Below are positions 36,110-48,575 of a stretch of 64,000 nucleotides of DNA, one piece after another. The DNA comes from Centroscyllium fabricii (Eukaryota), in assembly GCA_051313645.2 (NCBI GenBank), contig JBNRSN020000008.1:257548001-257612000 (forward strand), in the 5' to 3' direction. A program made the translations under genes and the position numbers. Position 1 is the stretch's first letter. Every line of letters begins with the position of its first letter. The notes under the pieces were generated by a model. That model was not told the DNA's origin. It did no database searches and was given only the letters and a program-made list of their open reading frames with translations.

Positions 36110-39100
36110 GTCCGGTTGTGCCTCTGTTCAAGGAAGATGTGGATCACACTCAGATCATCCTGGTGGGGGCTGGAGGTGTAGAGAGATTGTACGTCCAGAG
36201 TGAAAAGGCAGCAGTTGGGGACAGGAACCTAGAAACTGTTAAATTGTCGGAGGGCGTCGGAAGATTCACAGAAATAGGTGGGAAGAGACTGGACACGGGT
36301 AGAAAATAGTAGAGCCAAGATAGGAAGAGATAAATTCCGTGGGGAATTCCTGTTTGTGGATCTTGGGAAGCAAGTTGAAGTGGCTTGTGCACGTTTGGAA
36401 AAATATGAGGTTGGCTGCCTTTGGTGGAAGATCTCCAGAGGAGATGAGGCCAGTGACATTCTTGCCAAAGGTTTCTTGATGTTCGATAGTGGGGTCATGA
36501 TCCAGATGGAGGTAGGAGGAACTGTTGAAGAATTGGCATTCAGCTTCTGCTAGGTAGAGTTCGGGTCGCCAAACAACAACAGCACCACACTTGTCAGCGG
36601 ATTGAATGACAATGTTGGGGTTGGATCTGAGAGAATGGCGTGATTCAAGCTCAGAGGGAGGTCGGGTGGATTGAGTGAGGGGAGCATTGCAATAGAGATG
36701 GGCGATGTCACGCCAGCTGTTAGCAATGAAAAGATCTAGAGAGGTTAAGGGACCAGAGGGAGGTGTCCAGGTGGAAAGATAATTCTGAAAGCTGGAGAAA
36801 GGGTCAGCCATGTGGGGGGAAGATATGTAGCCAAAGAATTGGCCTGGATATGAAGGCGGTGGAAACAGAGCTCAGCATCGTGCCGAGCTCGCAGTTCAAT
36901 GGGGTGGGGGCATCGGCAGATGAAGCTCAGCCCTTTGCTGAGCATTGATTGTGCGGGGTCAGAGAGGGGAAGGTCAGAGGGGATCGTGAAACCACGACAG
37001 GTGGTGAATTTAGGAGAAGGGCTGGGTCAGAGGAAAGTAACGGAGAAGATTTTTCATGAGTTACATTGGTATCCAAGAGTTGTTGAAGCTTGCGATCCTT
37101 GACACCTGAAAGGAAGAAAAAACGTTTTTGTTAAAGCGCCGGATGAGTTGAAGGATGAAATGGAACTGCGTACCAGGACAGCTTGTCTACCTCATTGGTT
37201 AGACATGTTCTCCCCCTAACAAAGCCATGCTGACTATCCTTGATTTTGCCTCATCAAGTGGAGACTAATTCTGCCCCTCATAAATGTTTCCAATAATTTC
37301 CCTACCACTGATGTTAGGCTCACTGGCTTGTAAATCCCTGGTTTATCCCTACTGCCCTTCTTGAATAATTTGAATGATGTAATAATGGAGTCTGATACAT
37401 CAATAAATTAAAGCAAAGCTTTAATCCTCTACATTATCACTATGTCCAAAGACACGTTTTACCATGCTTCCAGGTGAAGCGTTCACCCCATACTGAGCAG
37501 TTCCAGTATTTATACTGATAGAAAACAGGAAGTGACATGTACAGAGTTCACCCCTTAGCCTTCCCCCGGAAGTATGTTCAATATTACCACATTCTTCCCT
37601 CCTGAAAAATTAAAAAGCGGGAATCTTCTTTTTTATTCTGGCGTAGCCGAACAAGGAGGAGATGCACCCATTTGAGTTCTCGTTGCTGGGTTGATGGTCC
37701 GTCACTATGGAAAATGTCAGTGTCTCTGGACCGTTTACCTGTTGTTGGCCAGGGGTCAGAACCTGCGTGGCCTGGATTACCCTGTTAAAGGCCGGGGAGA
37801 TCAATAGGTGCAGAGCTGGTTTGTCCCTGGTCAGGGAATTGGACAGAGCTGGTCTGCGGCCAATTGGCACTTTGGCGTGAGGCACCAGCAGGATTATGAT
37901 CCATGTATGAGCCCCCACGGGCTCAGTGTCGGTTGGTGTCTGGTCAGTGTCCTGGAAAGAGGTACTTGGCGGGTCATAACCTTGAGTGTGGCATTTGACC
38001 TGCGCAAATCTAGTTGGTGTCAAACCCGGGTCCTGGAGAGTGGTACCCGGTGGGTCCCTGGAGGACCCTGCTAGGATATTATCCCTTGGCATCCCTCTAG
38101 GTCCTGGTGGGAAGAGTGCCAGGTCCCGCAATGATACGGTAGTCTCTCGGCCGTCGGGATATCATATGTAGGCATAGGTAGGGTTGGCATCAGTTAGCTT
38201 GACATCATCTACGAGAGGGTCATTTTTAGATGTCCGAACGTATCTTCGGAGCAGTACGGGTCCCGGAGTAGTTAGCCATGATGGAAGAGATGCCCCATAA
38301 GATGAGGCATTTCTTTTCAAACGGAGGATAATGTATCTTGGCACCTTGTACGGTCCTGGACATGAATGCTAGAGCACGGCCTTCTTGATTTAGAGTAGCT
38401 GAGATCGCCACCTCCGAGACATCACATTCGACTACGAAAGGGACGTCCTCATTGATGGAGTGAAGAGCCGCTTTCTCCAACTGTTTCTTGAGAAGGTTAA
38501 AGGCTGCAACAGCCACTGTTTCCAACAGAATTGTTCTAGCATTCAGCAAGTGCTGAATGTTAATGAAAAATCCGGAATGCATTTAGCGTAGTATGCAAAC
38601 AGACCGAGGGCCTGACGTAAAGAAGCCGGATTGTTAGGTGCAGGGAGCTCCTGGAGCGGGCGAATTATTTCAGTATCTGCTGCAATGATACCATTGCCGA
38701 CTCAGTAGCCAAGAATGTTGATGGTCAGCTTTGACTCCACAGATTTGGATTCATTTAAAGTAAAGTTATGGTGAGGGAGAGCATCCCGAAAACATTGGAG
38801 GTTGGCATCATGTTCCTGCTGGTCGTGGCCTGCAACAGTAATGTTATCAAGGTAGGGAAATGTATCCCTTAAGTTTTCCTGCTCAACGAGGCCATCAATT
38901 GCCCGTTGGAAGACAGCCACTCCATTACTGACCGAGATTGGGAGGCAACAAAATTGATACAGCCGTCCATTAGCCTCAAAGGCCGTGTACTTCTTTTCTG
39001 AGACCCGTAGGAGTACCTGATGGTAGGCACTCTTTAAATCATAGGTTGAGAACACTTTTTATTCAGCCAGTTTATTAACCATGTCATCAATGTGTGGCAA

Positions 39101-39123
39101 TGGGTAGGCATCCAGGTCAGTAT

Positions 39124-42100
39124 TGTGGCGACATGCCCACCAAAGGCATCGAATGCACCTCGGGTGTACTGCGGGGCACAGCCCCGCCCATCGGGTGACG
39201 TGATGACGTCACCGCAACTTCCAGCGTGATGAGATCACCAACCGCGGGCGCTTTAAATAAGCCTGCTCCAGCTGGTTCAGTCTCTTTCCGCCTGACCATG
39301 CCATGTAATAAACAAATGTTTTCTGTCCTTCTGGATCCCGCGTGGTTCTTCAGGCCTGCATGCACTACAATGGTGACCCCGAACTTGGAACATCTTCCAA
39401 GAGAAAAGTAAAGAAGCAGTTGCTGCAGGACTGAGGGCCAAGCTGCCTCAGAGCACTTCCACCAAACATGCCTTCAGCAAACCAAGCTTCGCGAACTCAA
39501 AGACTTGGCCAGAACTCCGGGCACAGTCTAACTCTACCGGAGTTCTGGGAGCTACGCCCAGTGGCATGGTTCCTGTGTATCGAAACCAGCTGCCGCATCC
39601 ATGGCGTCCAGGGGGATGATCGCTATGACCTGGTCTTCTCGGCCCTACCGCAGTCCACGGTCGATCGGATGTGGCCGACGTTACAGCGTGCACCAGCATC
39701 AGGCAGGTACGAATTCCTTAAGGCCGCGCTGCTTAAAAAATTCACCCCCTCCCAATTTGAGCGTGACTGCCAGCTCATCAACCTCCCCAAACTCGGGGAC
39801 GCAGACCCCTCGGACCTGTGGGCCCAAATGGAAGCGCTGAACGCAGACCCAGCCTCCCTCAAGCGCACCTTGTTCCTCCTCAAACTGCCCCCCTCCATCA
39901 GACCGTCCCTGACTGCCCTCTGCCACCAGAGAGGGGAGCAGCTGGCTGAGGAGGCCGACAAGCTCATGATGGCCGAGCGCTCCCGCTCCGCCACGTGCAA
40001 GCTCTCTGCCACGGCAGCCGAGCCCCCCTATGCACACCCCAGGTCCGACCCCAGGCCTGAACCCAGGCCAACGAGACCCCGCAAAAGGCCGCGCACATCG
40101 GGCACCGGCTGGTGCTATTACCAGACGCGGTTTGAGTCTAAAGCGCACCGCTGCGTCCAGCCCTGCACTTTCAAACCCCAGCCCGGCTCAAGCCCCACCA
40201 TGTCTGGAGCACTACTCTACGCCACAGACAGCGGCACAGGCCTCCGATTCCTCTGCGACACAGGCGCACAGCACAGCATTGTGCCAGCCTCCCCTGCAGA
40301 AGCCAAAAAAAACACCCAGGGCCCGCCACTCGAAGCCGCAAACGGCTCCGAAATAAAGATGTACGGCACCTGCAAGCTCACCATCAAGCTCGCAGGCCAC
40401 ACGTACCACTGGGACTTTATCACCGCCCAGGTCAAACTACCCCTCCTCGGGGCAGATTTCCTCTGCGCCCACGGCCTCCTGGTCGACATGACCCGGCGCC
40501 GCCTGGTCAACATCCACAACATTTCGACCATCCCATGCTCCACAGGACCGGCTCACCAGGCCCACGCAGCGGCACACTGCCGAGCCCGGAACTCCGACAC
40601 GTACGGCACGCTCCTCGCGGTGTTCCCAGCCCTCACCAACCCCACCTTCACAGCCCGCATGGCCAAACACGGGGCTGGAGCATTTCATCACCAGCACCGG
40701 CCTTCCCGTCCATTTCCACGCCCGCAGGCTGGACCCGGCCAAACTGGAGATCGCGCGTACCGAGTTCCGCACCATGGACCAACTCGGCATAATCCGCCGC
40801 TCCCACGGCCCCTGGGCTTCCCCCCTCCACATCGCCCACAAGCCGGGCGGTGGTTGGCGCCCCTGCGGAGACTACCGCCGCCTCAACAACGCCACCACCC
40901 CAGACAGGTACCCCGTCCCCCACACCCAAGATTTCTCCGCCAGGCTAGCGGGCTGCACGATCTTCACTAAGATCGACCTGGTACGGGGCTTCCACCAGGT
41001 CCCGGTGCACCCGGCGGATGTCCCTAAGACAGCCGTCATCACCCCCTTCGGCCTGTTGGAATTTCTCCGAATACCCTTCGGACTTAAAAACACTGCACAG
41101 TCCTTCCAACGCCTCATGGCCTCAGTCCTACGGGACTTGCAGTTCATTTTCATCTACCTAGACGACATCCACGTGGCCAACACCTCACCCCAGGAACACC
41201 TCCTGCATCTCAGGGCCCTGTTCCAACGCCTGACCAAACACGGTCTCATATTAAGCCCCGCTAAATGCCAATTTGGCCTCGAGACCATCGACTTCCTCGG
41301 CCACCGCATTTCCCAAACTGGGGCCATAACCCTGCCCTCCAAGGTGCAGGTGGTCCAGGAATTCCCCCGCCCGCACTCCATCAAGGGGCTGCAGGAATTC
41401 CTAGGCATGGTTAATTTTTATAACCGCTTCATCCCAGGAGCAGCCGCTCTCATGGCACCCCTATACCAGGCCACACGCGGGCAGTCCAACAAAACTGCGG
41501 TCGAGTGGACGGCCGAAGCCACCACCGCCTTCACCGCAACCAAAACCGCCCTGGCCAACGCCACGCTCCTAGCCCACCCTAGGCCCAATGCCAGAGTGGC
41601 CCTCTCCACCGACGCCTCTGACCACACTCTCTTTGAGCAGTGGACCGGCAACTCCTTGGCAACCCCTGGCCTTTTTCAGCCGGCAACTTCGGCCCCCAGA
41701 GGTTAAGTACAGTGCCTTCGACAGGGAGCTGCTCGCTGTCTACCTCTCAGTGCGCCACTTCCGCTTCCTCTTGGAGGGCCGCCATTTTATGGCCTTCGTC
41801 AATCACAAGCCACTCGTGTTCACGATGGCTAAGATCGCCGAACCCTGGTTGGCCAGGCAGCAGCGCCAGCTCACAGCCGTGTCGGAATTTACCACCGACA
41901 TTCAGCACATCTCCGGCCGCGACAACGTGGTTGCTGACTGCCTGTCACGCCCCACCATTAACGCCGACCAAACAGCGGTCGACTACGCCAAACTGGCAAA
42001 CGACCAACTGGCAGACCCAGACCTGCTCGACCCGGCCACCAACCTCCCTGGCCTGCGCTTGGCCAACGTAGCACACGGCCCCACAGCCACCGTAGTCTGC

Positions 42101-43568
42101 GGTGACATCTCCTTACCGCAGCCCAGACCTGTCGTCCCCCACGCATGGAGGCGACACATTTTCGAGACCCTCCATGGCCTGTCCCACCCCGGCTCCCGCG
42201 CGTCCATCCAGCTAATTTCGGCACGTTTCATGTGGCGCGTCCTGCGCAAGGATGTCCGCGCCTGGACCAACGCCAGTACTGCCTGCCAGCGCGCCAAGGT
42301 GCACAAACACATCAAGGCACCGCTGGAAACGTTCACCATGCCAGTTAGACGTTTCGACCACGTCCACATCGATCTGGTCGGACCACTACCGCCATCCCGG
42401 GGCCACACACACGTCATGACCATGGTCGACCGCAGCACTCGCTGGCCAGAAGCGGTCCCCCTCGTTGCTACCAGCACCACAAACCTGGCCAGAGCTTTAA
42501 TCACCACCTGGGTCGCTCGTTTCGGCGTGCCCACCGACATTATGTCGGACAGAGGCCCCCAATTCACGTCGACACTATGGGCGACCATCGCCCACGACCT
42601 TGGGGTAAGCCTACACCGAACCACCACTTACCACCCACAGTCAAACGGACTTTGCGAACGGTTCCACCGCTCCATGAAAGCATCCCGACGGGCCAGTCTT
42701 AAGGACGCAACGTGGATAGTCCGACTGCCCTGGGTAATGCTCGGCCTACGCTCAGCAGCCAAAGAAGACCTGCATGCCTCAGCAGCAGAACTCATCTACG
42801 GCCAAACACTAACAGTGCCAGGCGAGTTCCTCGCAGAGCCAAACGCTCCCTGGTCAGCTGACCAGTACGTAAAAGACTTTAACAACCCGGCATGAGCGTT
42901 CAAGGCGCTACCGGTGGCCCGGCACGGAGAGCCAGCAGCACGTGTACCGGACAGCATTAAAAACGACAAGTATGTGTTTCTCCAGCACGACGCACACCGA
43001 TCGCCACTACAGCCACCGTATGATGGACCCTACAGAGTGCTTCGGGCGGGAGCTAAAGCTTTCCAACTGCAAATGGGCAACAGGACTGAAACAGTTTCAA
43101 TAGACCAGTTGAAACCGGCACACGTAATAGCGGGTGAGACAACAGTCCCCGCGCAACCACCGAAACGCGGACGCCCTCCCACACCAACACCCGCCCACAC
43201 TCCACCGCAGAACAATGGGCAGCGCATGACACATGCCAGCCGCATCATCCGGCCACCACAATGCCTCTCATAAGACCCTTTTTTATTTTATTTTATTCTT
43301 CCGTACAGATTCTGGGGGGGAGCTTTATGGCGACACGCCCACCAAAGCCATCGAATCCGCCTCGGGAGTACTGCGGGGCACAGCCCCGCCCATCGGGTGA
43401 CGTTACGTCACCGCGACTTCCGGCGTGAAGATATCACCAACTGCGGGCGCTCTAAATAAGCCTGCTCCAGGTGGTTCAGTCTCTTTCCGCCTGACCATGC
43501 CATGTGATAAACAAGTGTTTTCTGTCCTTCTGGCTCCCGCGTGGTTCTTCAGGCCTGCATGCACTACA
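39124..43568 (+). mobile_element. Gypsy LTR retrotransposon, CsRn1 clade (copy 3, related to copy 1)
   Basis: LTRs 39124-39369 and 43326-43568, TSD GTAT, PBS TGGTGACCCCGA at 39371, PPT ~43311-43323. Confidence 0.95.
39468..43273 (+). pseudogene. gag-pol of copy 3 with frameshifts (~40670, ~41650) and a stop (42893)
   Basis: Four consecutive ORF pieces homologous to the intact 12387-16190 protein. Confidence 0.9.
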
Positions 43569-46500
43569 GTATATTGATTAACGATTTGAGAGCAATCAAT
43601 GCATAGTCGTTTTTTGAGATTTAGAGGGTTCTTAATTATGACGATTTGAGCCGACCAGGGTGATGAACATGGTTTGATGATGTCGTCTGCTAAAAGACGA
43701 GAGATTTCTGTCTCAATGAAAGACTGATCTTCCTGACTGAAGCGTTGAGATTTTGTTAATATTGTTTTGCATTGAGGAGGAATACTGGTGAATAATGAGG
43801 GTTCATCAAGTGAGGCTGCTGACAGTGCACAAAATGGTGATTTACACGGTATATTAGAAATAGTAAGCTCAGGATGGATCCGCCGAACTCAATGATGTGT
43901 TTTTTATGCTGTTTTTGAAAATCCAGCCCTAGGATAAGATCACAACATAAGTCATTGAGCACTGAGAGCCGAGTGGAGGGATACATGTGGCCATTAAGTG
44001 TCATGTCAATAATACAAATGCCGGTGATTCTGGTATTAAGTGATGACTGAGCCATTGAAATTGCCTGGTCCGATGGGAAGACATGTAGTTTCAATTTCTC
44101 AACAATCTGTTTTCTAATGAAACTATCAGTACGTCCTGAGTCAATTAAGGCATCAAAGGTATGCCCATTAATCGAGACTCTTGCAGCTGCATGAAATAAA
44201 TTTTGAGGGCAGGCAGCTCTACTTGGTGTGGCTGCACAGAGGGAGCCTGTAAGTCTAGGTGTGTTTCTTCGGGAAGGAGCTCGATAGGTCCCAGCTCGAG
44301 CATATTGATAGGCCCTAATTGGGACAGCTTGGTATGCCTTAGCTTGATAGGCCCTCGTAGAGGTTCTTGATTGGCAAACTTTTGCAAAGTGTCCTTTTTT
44401 ACTGCAATGACTGCAGATTGTATTGCGAGCAGCGCATAATTTCCTAGGTGGAAAGAGTCTCCACAAAAGAAGCATTTCTTCCTACATTGCCAATAGGCTG
44501 CTAAAGTGGGGTCATCCTCCTCCTCATCACTGAACTCATCAGGACTAGATTATTCCATGATAGGGTCCACCTGAGGCCCCTTGAATGGTCTGATTGCAGT
44601 TGCAGCAGCAGTTCGAGATCTCGGCAGCTGATTGAAGTCTGATTTTTTTTTTGCCAAGTCCAGAGCACAAGCCAGGTCAAAAGCCTTTGATAGCTCAAGC
44701 GTTTTTCTCTCTAGCAGACGCTGGCGTATAAATGGAGAGGCAATCCTGCAGATGAAAGCATCTTGAATCATTTCTTCGCGGTACACCTCAGCCGAGGCTG
44801 CCTTAAAATTACAATCTACACTGAGCATGCGAAGTTCTTGATGGAACTCCTGAATCGATTGCCCTGTCATTTGTTGGGCCGTGGACAGCAAATGTCTAGC
44901 ATAGACCTCGTTTGGGGCCTTAGTATATAGTTCTATCAGTGCTTCGATTACCTCATTATAGTTATCCCATTTATCAACATATTCATTTACGTTTGGGGAC
45001 ACATAATTCACAAGTAATCGCAGTTTGGTAGAGGCACCCTCACAACATTCTTCAAGAAAATTCTCAAAAGTATGGAACCAATGCTTCCATACCTTGGCAG
45101 CTGCTGGTGCATTTGGGTCCAGATCCAGTCGAGTCAGTTTGTTGAGGCTTTCCATGATGGGTTGATCCCTGGATCCTCAGTTCCGTGCTGTCCAAAAGTT
45201 TTAAAGATTTTGAGCGCGAAGGTTTTAGTCAATTAAATTGATGTAATAATGGAGTCTGACACAGCAATAACTTAAAGCAAAGCTTTAATACATGGCATTA
45301 TCACTATGTACAAAGAGAGGTTTTACCATGCTTCCAGGTGAAGTGTTTCCCCCATACTGAGAAGTTGCAGTATTTATACTAATAGAAAAAAGGAAGTGAC
45401 ATGTACAGAGTTCACCCCTTAGCCTTCCCCCGGAAGTATCTTCAATATTACCACAGGTACTACATTAGCTGCCGTCCAGTCCTCCAGCACCTCCCCTTTG
45501 GCCAGAGAGATTCAGAAAATTTGTATCAGAGCCACTGAAATGTCCTCCCTTGCCTCATACAGCAGCCTGGGATACATCCCGTCAGGGCCTGGCGATGTAT
45601 TCACTTTTAAGCCCACTAAAACCGCTAGTACCTCCCCACTCTCAATAATAAGTTGTTCAAGTATATCACAATTCTCCTGCCTGATTTCTATGTCTACATC
45701 CTCCTTCTCCATAATGAACACAGATGCAAAATATGCATTTAAAACCCCACCTACATCGTCCCGCTCTATACACAGATTGCCACGTTGGTCCCTAATGGGC
45801 CCTACTCTTTCCCCGGTTATCTTCTTGCCCTTAATATACTTAGAAATCACCTTGGGATTTTCCTTTGTTTTGCCCGCCAGTATTTTTTCATGCCCCCTCT
45901 TCACTCTACTAATTTATTTTTAAGTACCCCCCCTGCACTTTCTATACTCCTCTGGGGCTTCCACTGTTTTTGGTCCTTAGTATCAGCCAATAGCTTCCCT
46001 TTATTCCTAATCCATTCTCGTATATCCCTTGACATCCAGGGTTCCCTGGATTTGTTGGTCCAACCCTTGACCTCGACTGGAACATGTTGCCTTTGTACCC
46101 ACTCTATTTCATTTCTGAAACTCTCCCACTGCTCTGATGTGGATTTTCCTACAATCAGATGATCACACACCACTTTGGTCAGATGCTGCCTTAGCGTATT
46201 TAAATCGACCATTCCCCAGTTTAGAAGTTTTATTTACAGTCCATCTTTGTCCTTTTCCATGACTATGTTAAATCTCACCGCATTATGACCACTGTCACCA
46301 ATATGCAAGTGCTAGATAACAAATATATGTACACTAAAGTTAAAAAGTAAACGTTGCTTTCAGAAGTGATTTGAAGTTTGCACTTCCCATATTTGCTGAA
46401 ATACACAAATTGAAGCTCATTGAAATGTTGATTTTCCAAATAATAGTAATAAGAACGGAATCTAACTTAAAATAGTGATGATTGGCCAGGTAATGTCCGA

Positions 46501-46769
46501 CTAAATGCATTTATCAGTAGCGAAATCAGACGACTTATCCCACAGTCAAAGTGCCGCTGAGTGCATTTGTAATGTATCTGAACTCAATGGGAAGCGATTG
46601 ATCCTTGTACTTTTTGCCCTGTTGCTTTCCCACTTGTGCACAGAATATTAGACAGGAAGATATGAAAGGATTCTTATCCTCAGTACTTCAGTTACAATCA
46701 GCTAGGATTGTTTATCCTGAAGTACAGCAGGACACAATACAGAATCCCTCTGGGTCTCACTTACAGATC

Positions 46770-47055
46770 CACTGAACTCCATGCATGTGGCATTGTGGAA
46801 ACCCCATGAGAATGCAGAGGTCTTCCAAACCACAAGGGCTTTTACTCACTGAATGTCAAGTTGGTCTGTAAACACAGTCAGCTCACAGTCGCTTTCAATG
46901 CCGAATATCCTGGCAGCAGCCACGATGCTGTTATCCTGCACCAGTCCGCTGTCGCCCAACTTTTCCAGCTACCGTAACAACCTAGTGGATGGCTCCGCGT
47001 GGTCAAGGATTATTCCCATTTCACGTGGATGATGACACCGCTCCTTAACTCCAAA
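46770..47055 (+). pseudogene. PIF/Harbinger transposase relic
   Basis: NHKGFYSLNVKLVC..YPGSSHDAVIL..GWL..KDY..WMMTPL resembles the HARBI1-type DDE core. Confidence 0.75.
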
Positions 47056-47430
47056 CTTCAGGTGCTCATCCAAATGCTTCTTGAATGTTGTGAGGGTTCC
47101 TGCATCCACCACACTTTCAGGCAGTGAGTTCCAGATTCCAACCACCCACGGGGTGAAATTGCTCTTCCTTCGGGACTTGCGGCCTGCACCAGTTGTTTAT
47201 GAAGCCTCCCCGCCCAACCCCCTGGTCCATTCCTCCACTCCGTCCGCCCACTTATCTCTGATTAACCAGAGCTCGTCAGCAGAGCGCATCTCACCAATCA
47301 TTCACACCGCGCATGCTCCAAACCCAGGGGGTTCCAGCGCCTGCGTACTGGGCTCCTGTAATCTGGGTGCGGCACATTCTCCCACGCGGGGAATGCTGGG
47401 TAAAAGCCCCGCCATTGACACACCTTATCA

Positions 47431-47742
47431 AGGTGGCCCTGGTCCTGGGACTAGGGACAGGGCCACTGGCGGGGCTTGGAAGCTGGGCAGAGCCAGGCCT
47501 GGTTATTACTTGGATGGGTCACCACCAGGGAGGGCCAGGTGCAGAGGGTCACGAGGGGAGCCCCGGGGAGGGGCGGTTGGCTGAGGATTGTCAAAATGAT
47601 GGAGGGATGGAATGGTGGCGCGCACAGATGCAGCGGCTTTGCTGGACTCTTGGGAGCTTGCAGGATCACATTTCGTTGTTCATGTACTTGTACATTGTAT
47701 AATGACAATAAAAGTTGAATTATTATTATTATTATTATTATC
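47431..47742 (+). mobile_element. 5S rRNA-derived SINE (SINE3 type) with Rex1-like tail
   Basis: 5S internal control region ggaagct..gcag..ggcctggtta.tacttggatggg; tail atgacaataaa plus (ATT)n; possible TSD TTATCA. Confidence 0.85.
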
Positions 47743-48059
47743 AGTGATTAGAACTGGATTTACTGGCATTTCACTGAGCACGGAACCATGTTCATTCTGG
47801 CTGTTAGATTTTGTTTCTGTTGAACTTAGTAACCCCTATAGCTGGGGTGCAGATTAATATTCTGCATAAATATTGAAAAAATCAGCTTTGTTTCAAACAC
47901 ACAGTGAATTGAATATTTGATTTCTCCATGATCAGAGGAGACTAATCTTCTGTTCTGTTACCGACTGTTCCATTTTTGGGCCCTTTCTTACTTGAACTTC
48001 TCACCTAGTTCGGCTTCTCCCACATCTATCTCGAAGCTTGTTCAGTTTCAGTAAATGGC

Positions 48060-48222
48060 GTAAACATAAAAACATCGAAAGATAGGAGCAGGAGTTGGCC
48101 ATCTAGCCTGCTCCACCATTCAATATGATCATGGCTGATCCTATATCACATTACCGTATTCCTGCTCTCTCCCCAGACCCATTGATGCCTTTTGTGTCTA
48201 CAAATCTATCGATCTCCTTCTT
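48060..48222 (-). mobile_element. CR1 3' tail fragment
   Basis: gataggagcaggagttggcc..cctgctccaccattcaatatgatcatggctga. Confidence 0.75.
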
Positions 48223-48575
48223 AAGCATTCAAGTATAGGATGGAAGAAATAACTCGTTCATACCGGTTTGGCATAAGAATAAACCTAGAAAGGTGACTCA
48301 ACCGTGGATAACAAGGGAAATAAGGGACAGCATTAAATCCAAAAAATGGGCATATCAATTGGCCAAAAAAAGTACTAGGCCGGAAGATTGGGAGCAGTTC
48401 AGGATACAGCAAAGGAAGACAAAGGGATTAATCAGGAGGGGGAAGATAGATTACGAATGTAAGCTGGTGGCAAACATAAAAACTGACTGCAAAAGCTTTT
48501 ATAGGTACATCAAGAGGAAAAGATTGGTAAAATCCCAAGTCGGTCCCTTGCAGACCGATTCAGGGGAATATATAA

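Larger units (their letters stand above)
33646..37180 (-). mobile_element. Penelope-like element RT relic, interrupted by CR1s (34196-36109)
   Basis: LSKGLSF, ADKCGAVVVW, LLPKIHK, FIDD..AASCSRPELENF..LPFLD, SSHPASCK..IPFS motifs. Confidence 0.85.
37610..45155 (-). pseudogene. gag-pol of the PBS-less Gypsy (gag 44550-45155, zinc knuckle/protease 43756-44475, RT ~38590-39115 and 43570-43750, RNase H ~38310-38520, IN C-terminus ~38130-38300)
   Basis: Fragmented ORFs in the six-frame track with recognisable motifs. Confidence 0.85.
37375..45455 (-). mobile_element. Gypsy LTR retrotransposon with no tRNA PBS, degraded, integrase core deleted, containing nested CsRn1 copy 3
   Basis: 217-bp LTRs at 37375-37591 and 45239-45455 (~9% diverged by my count), PPT ~37592-37604, gag RLDLDP..WKHW, CCHC, LIDSG, YLDN, ECD.S. 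Confidence 0.9.
37185..46305 (-). mobile_element. CR1 ORF2 fragment split by the Gypsy element at 37375-45455
   Basis: CR1 sequence resumes at 45456 (ttgaataat..ggtactacatt); SPGPDGMYPRLL, EPWM motifs. Confidence 0.8.

Noticed and set aside
47476-47550. 5S rRNA gene
   Set aside because: Only the 3' portion matches, there is no T-run terminator, and it is embedded in a repeated SINE body
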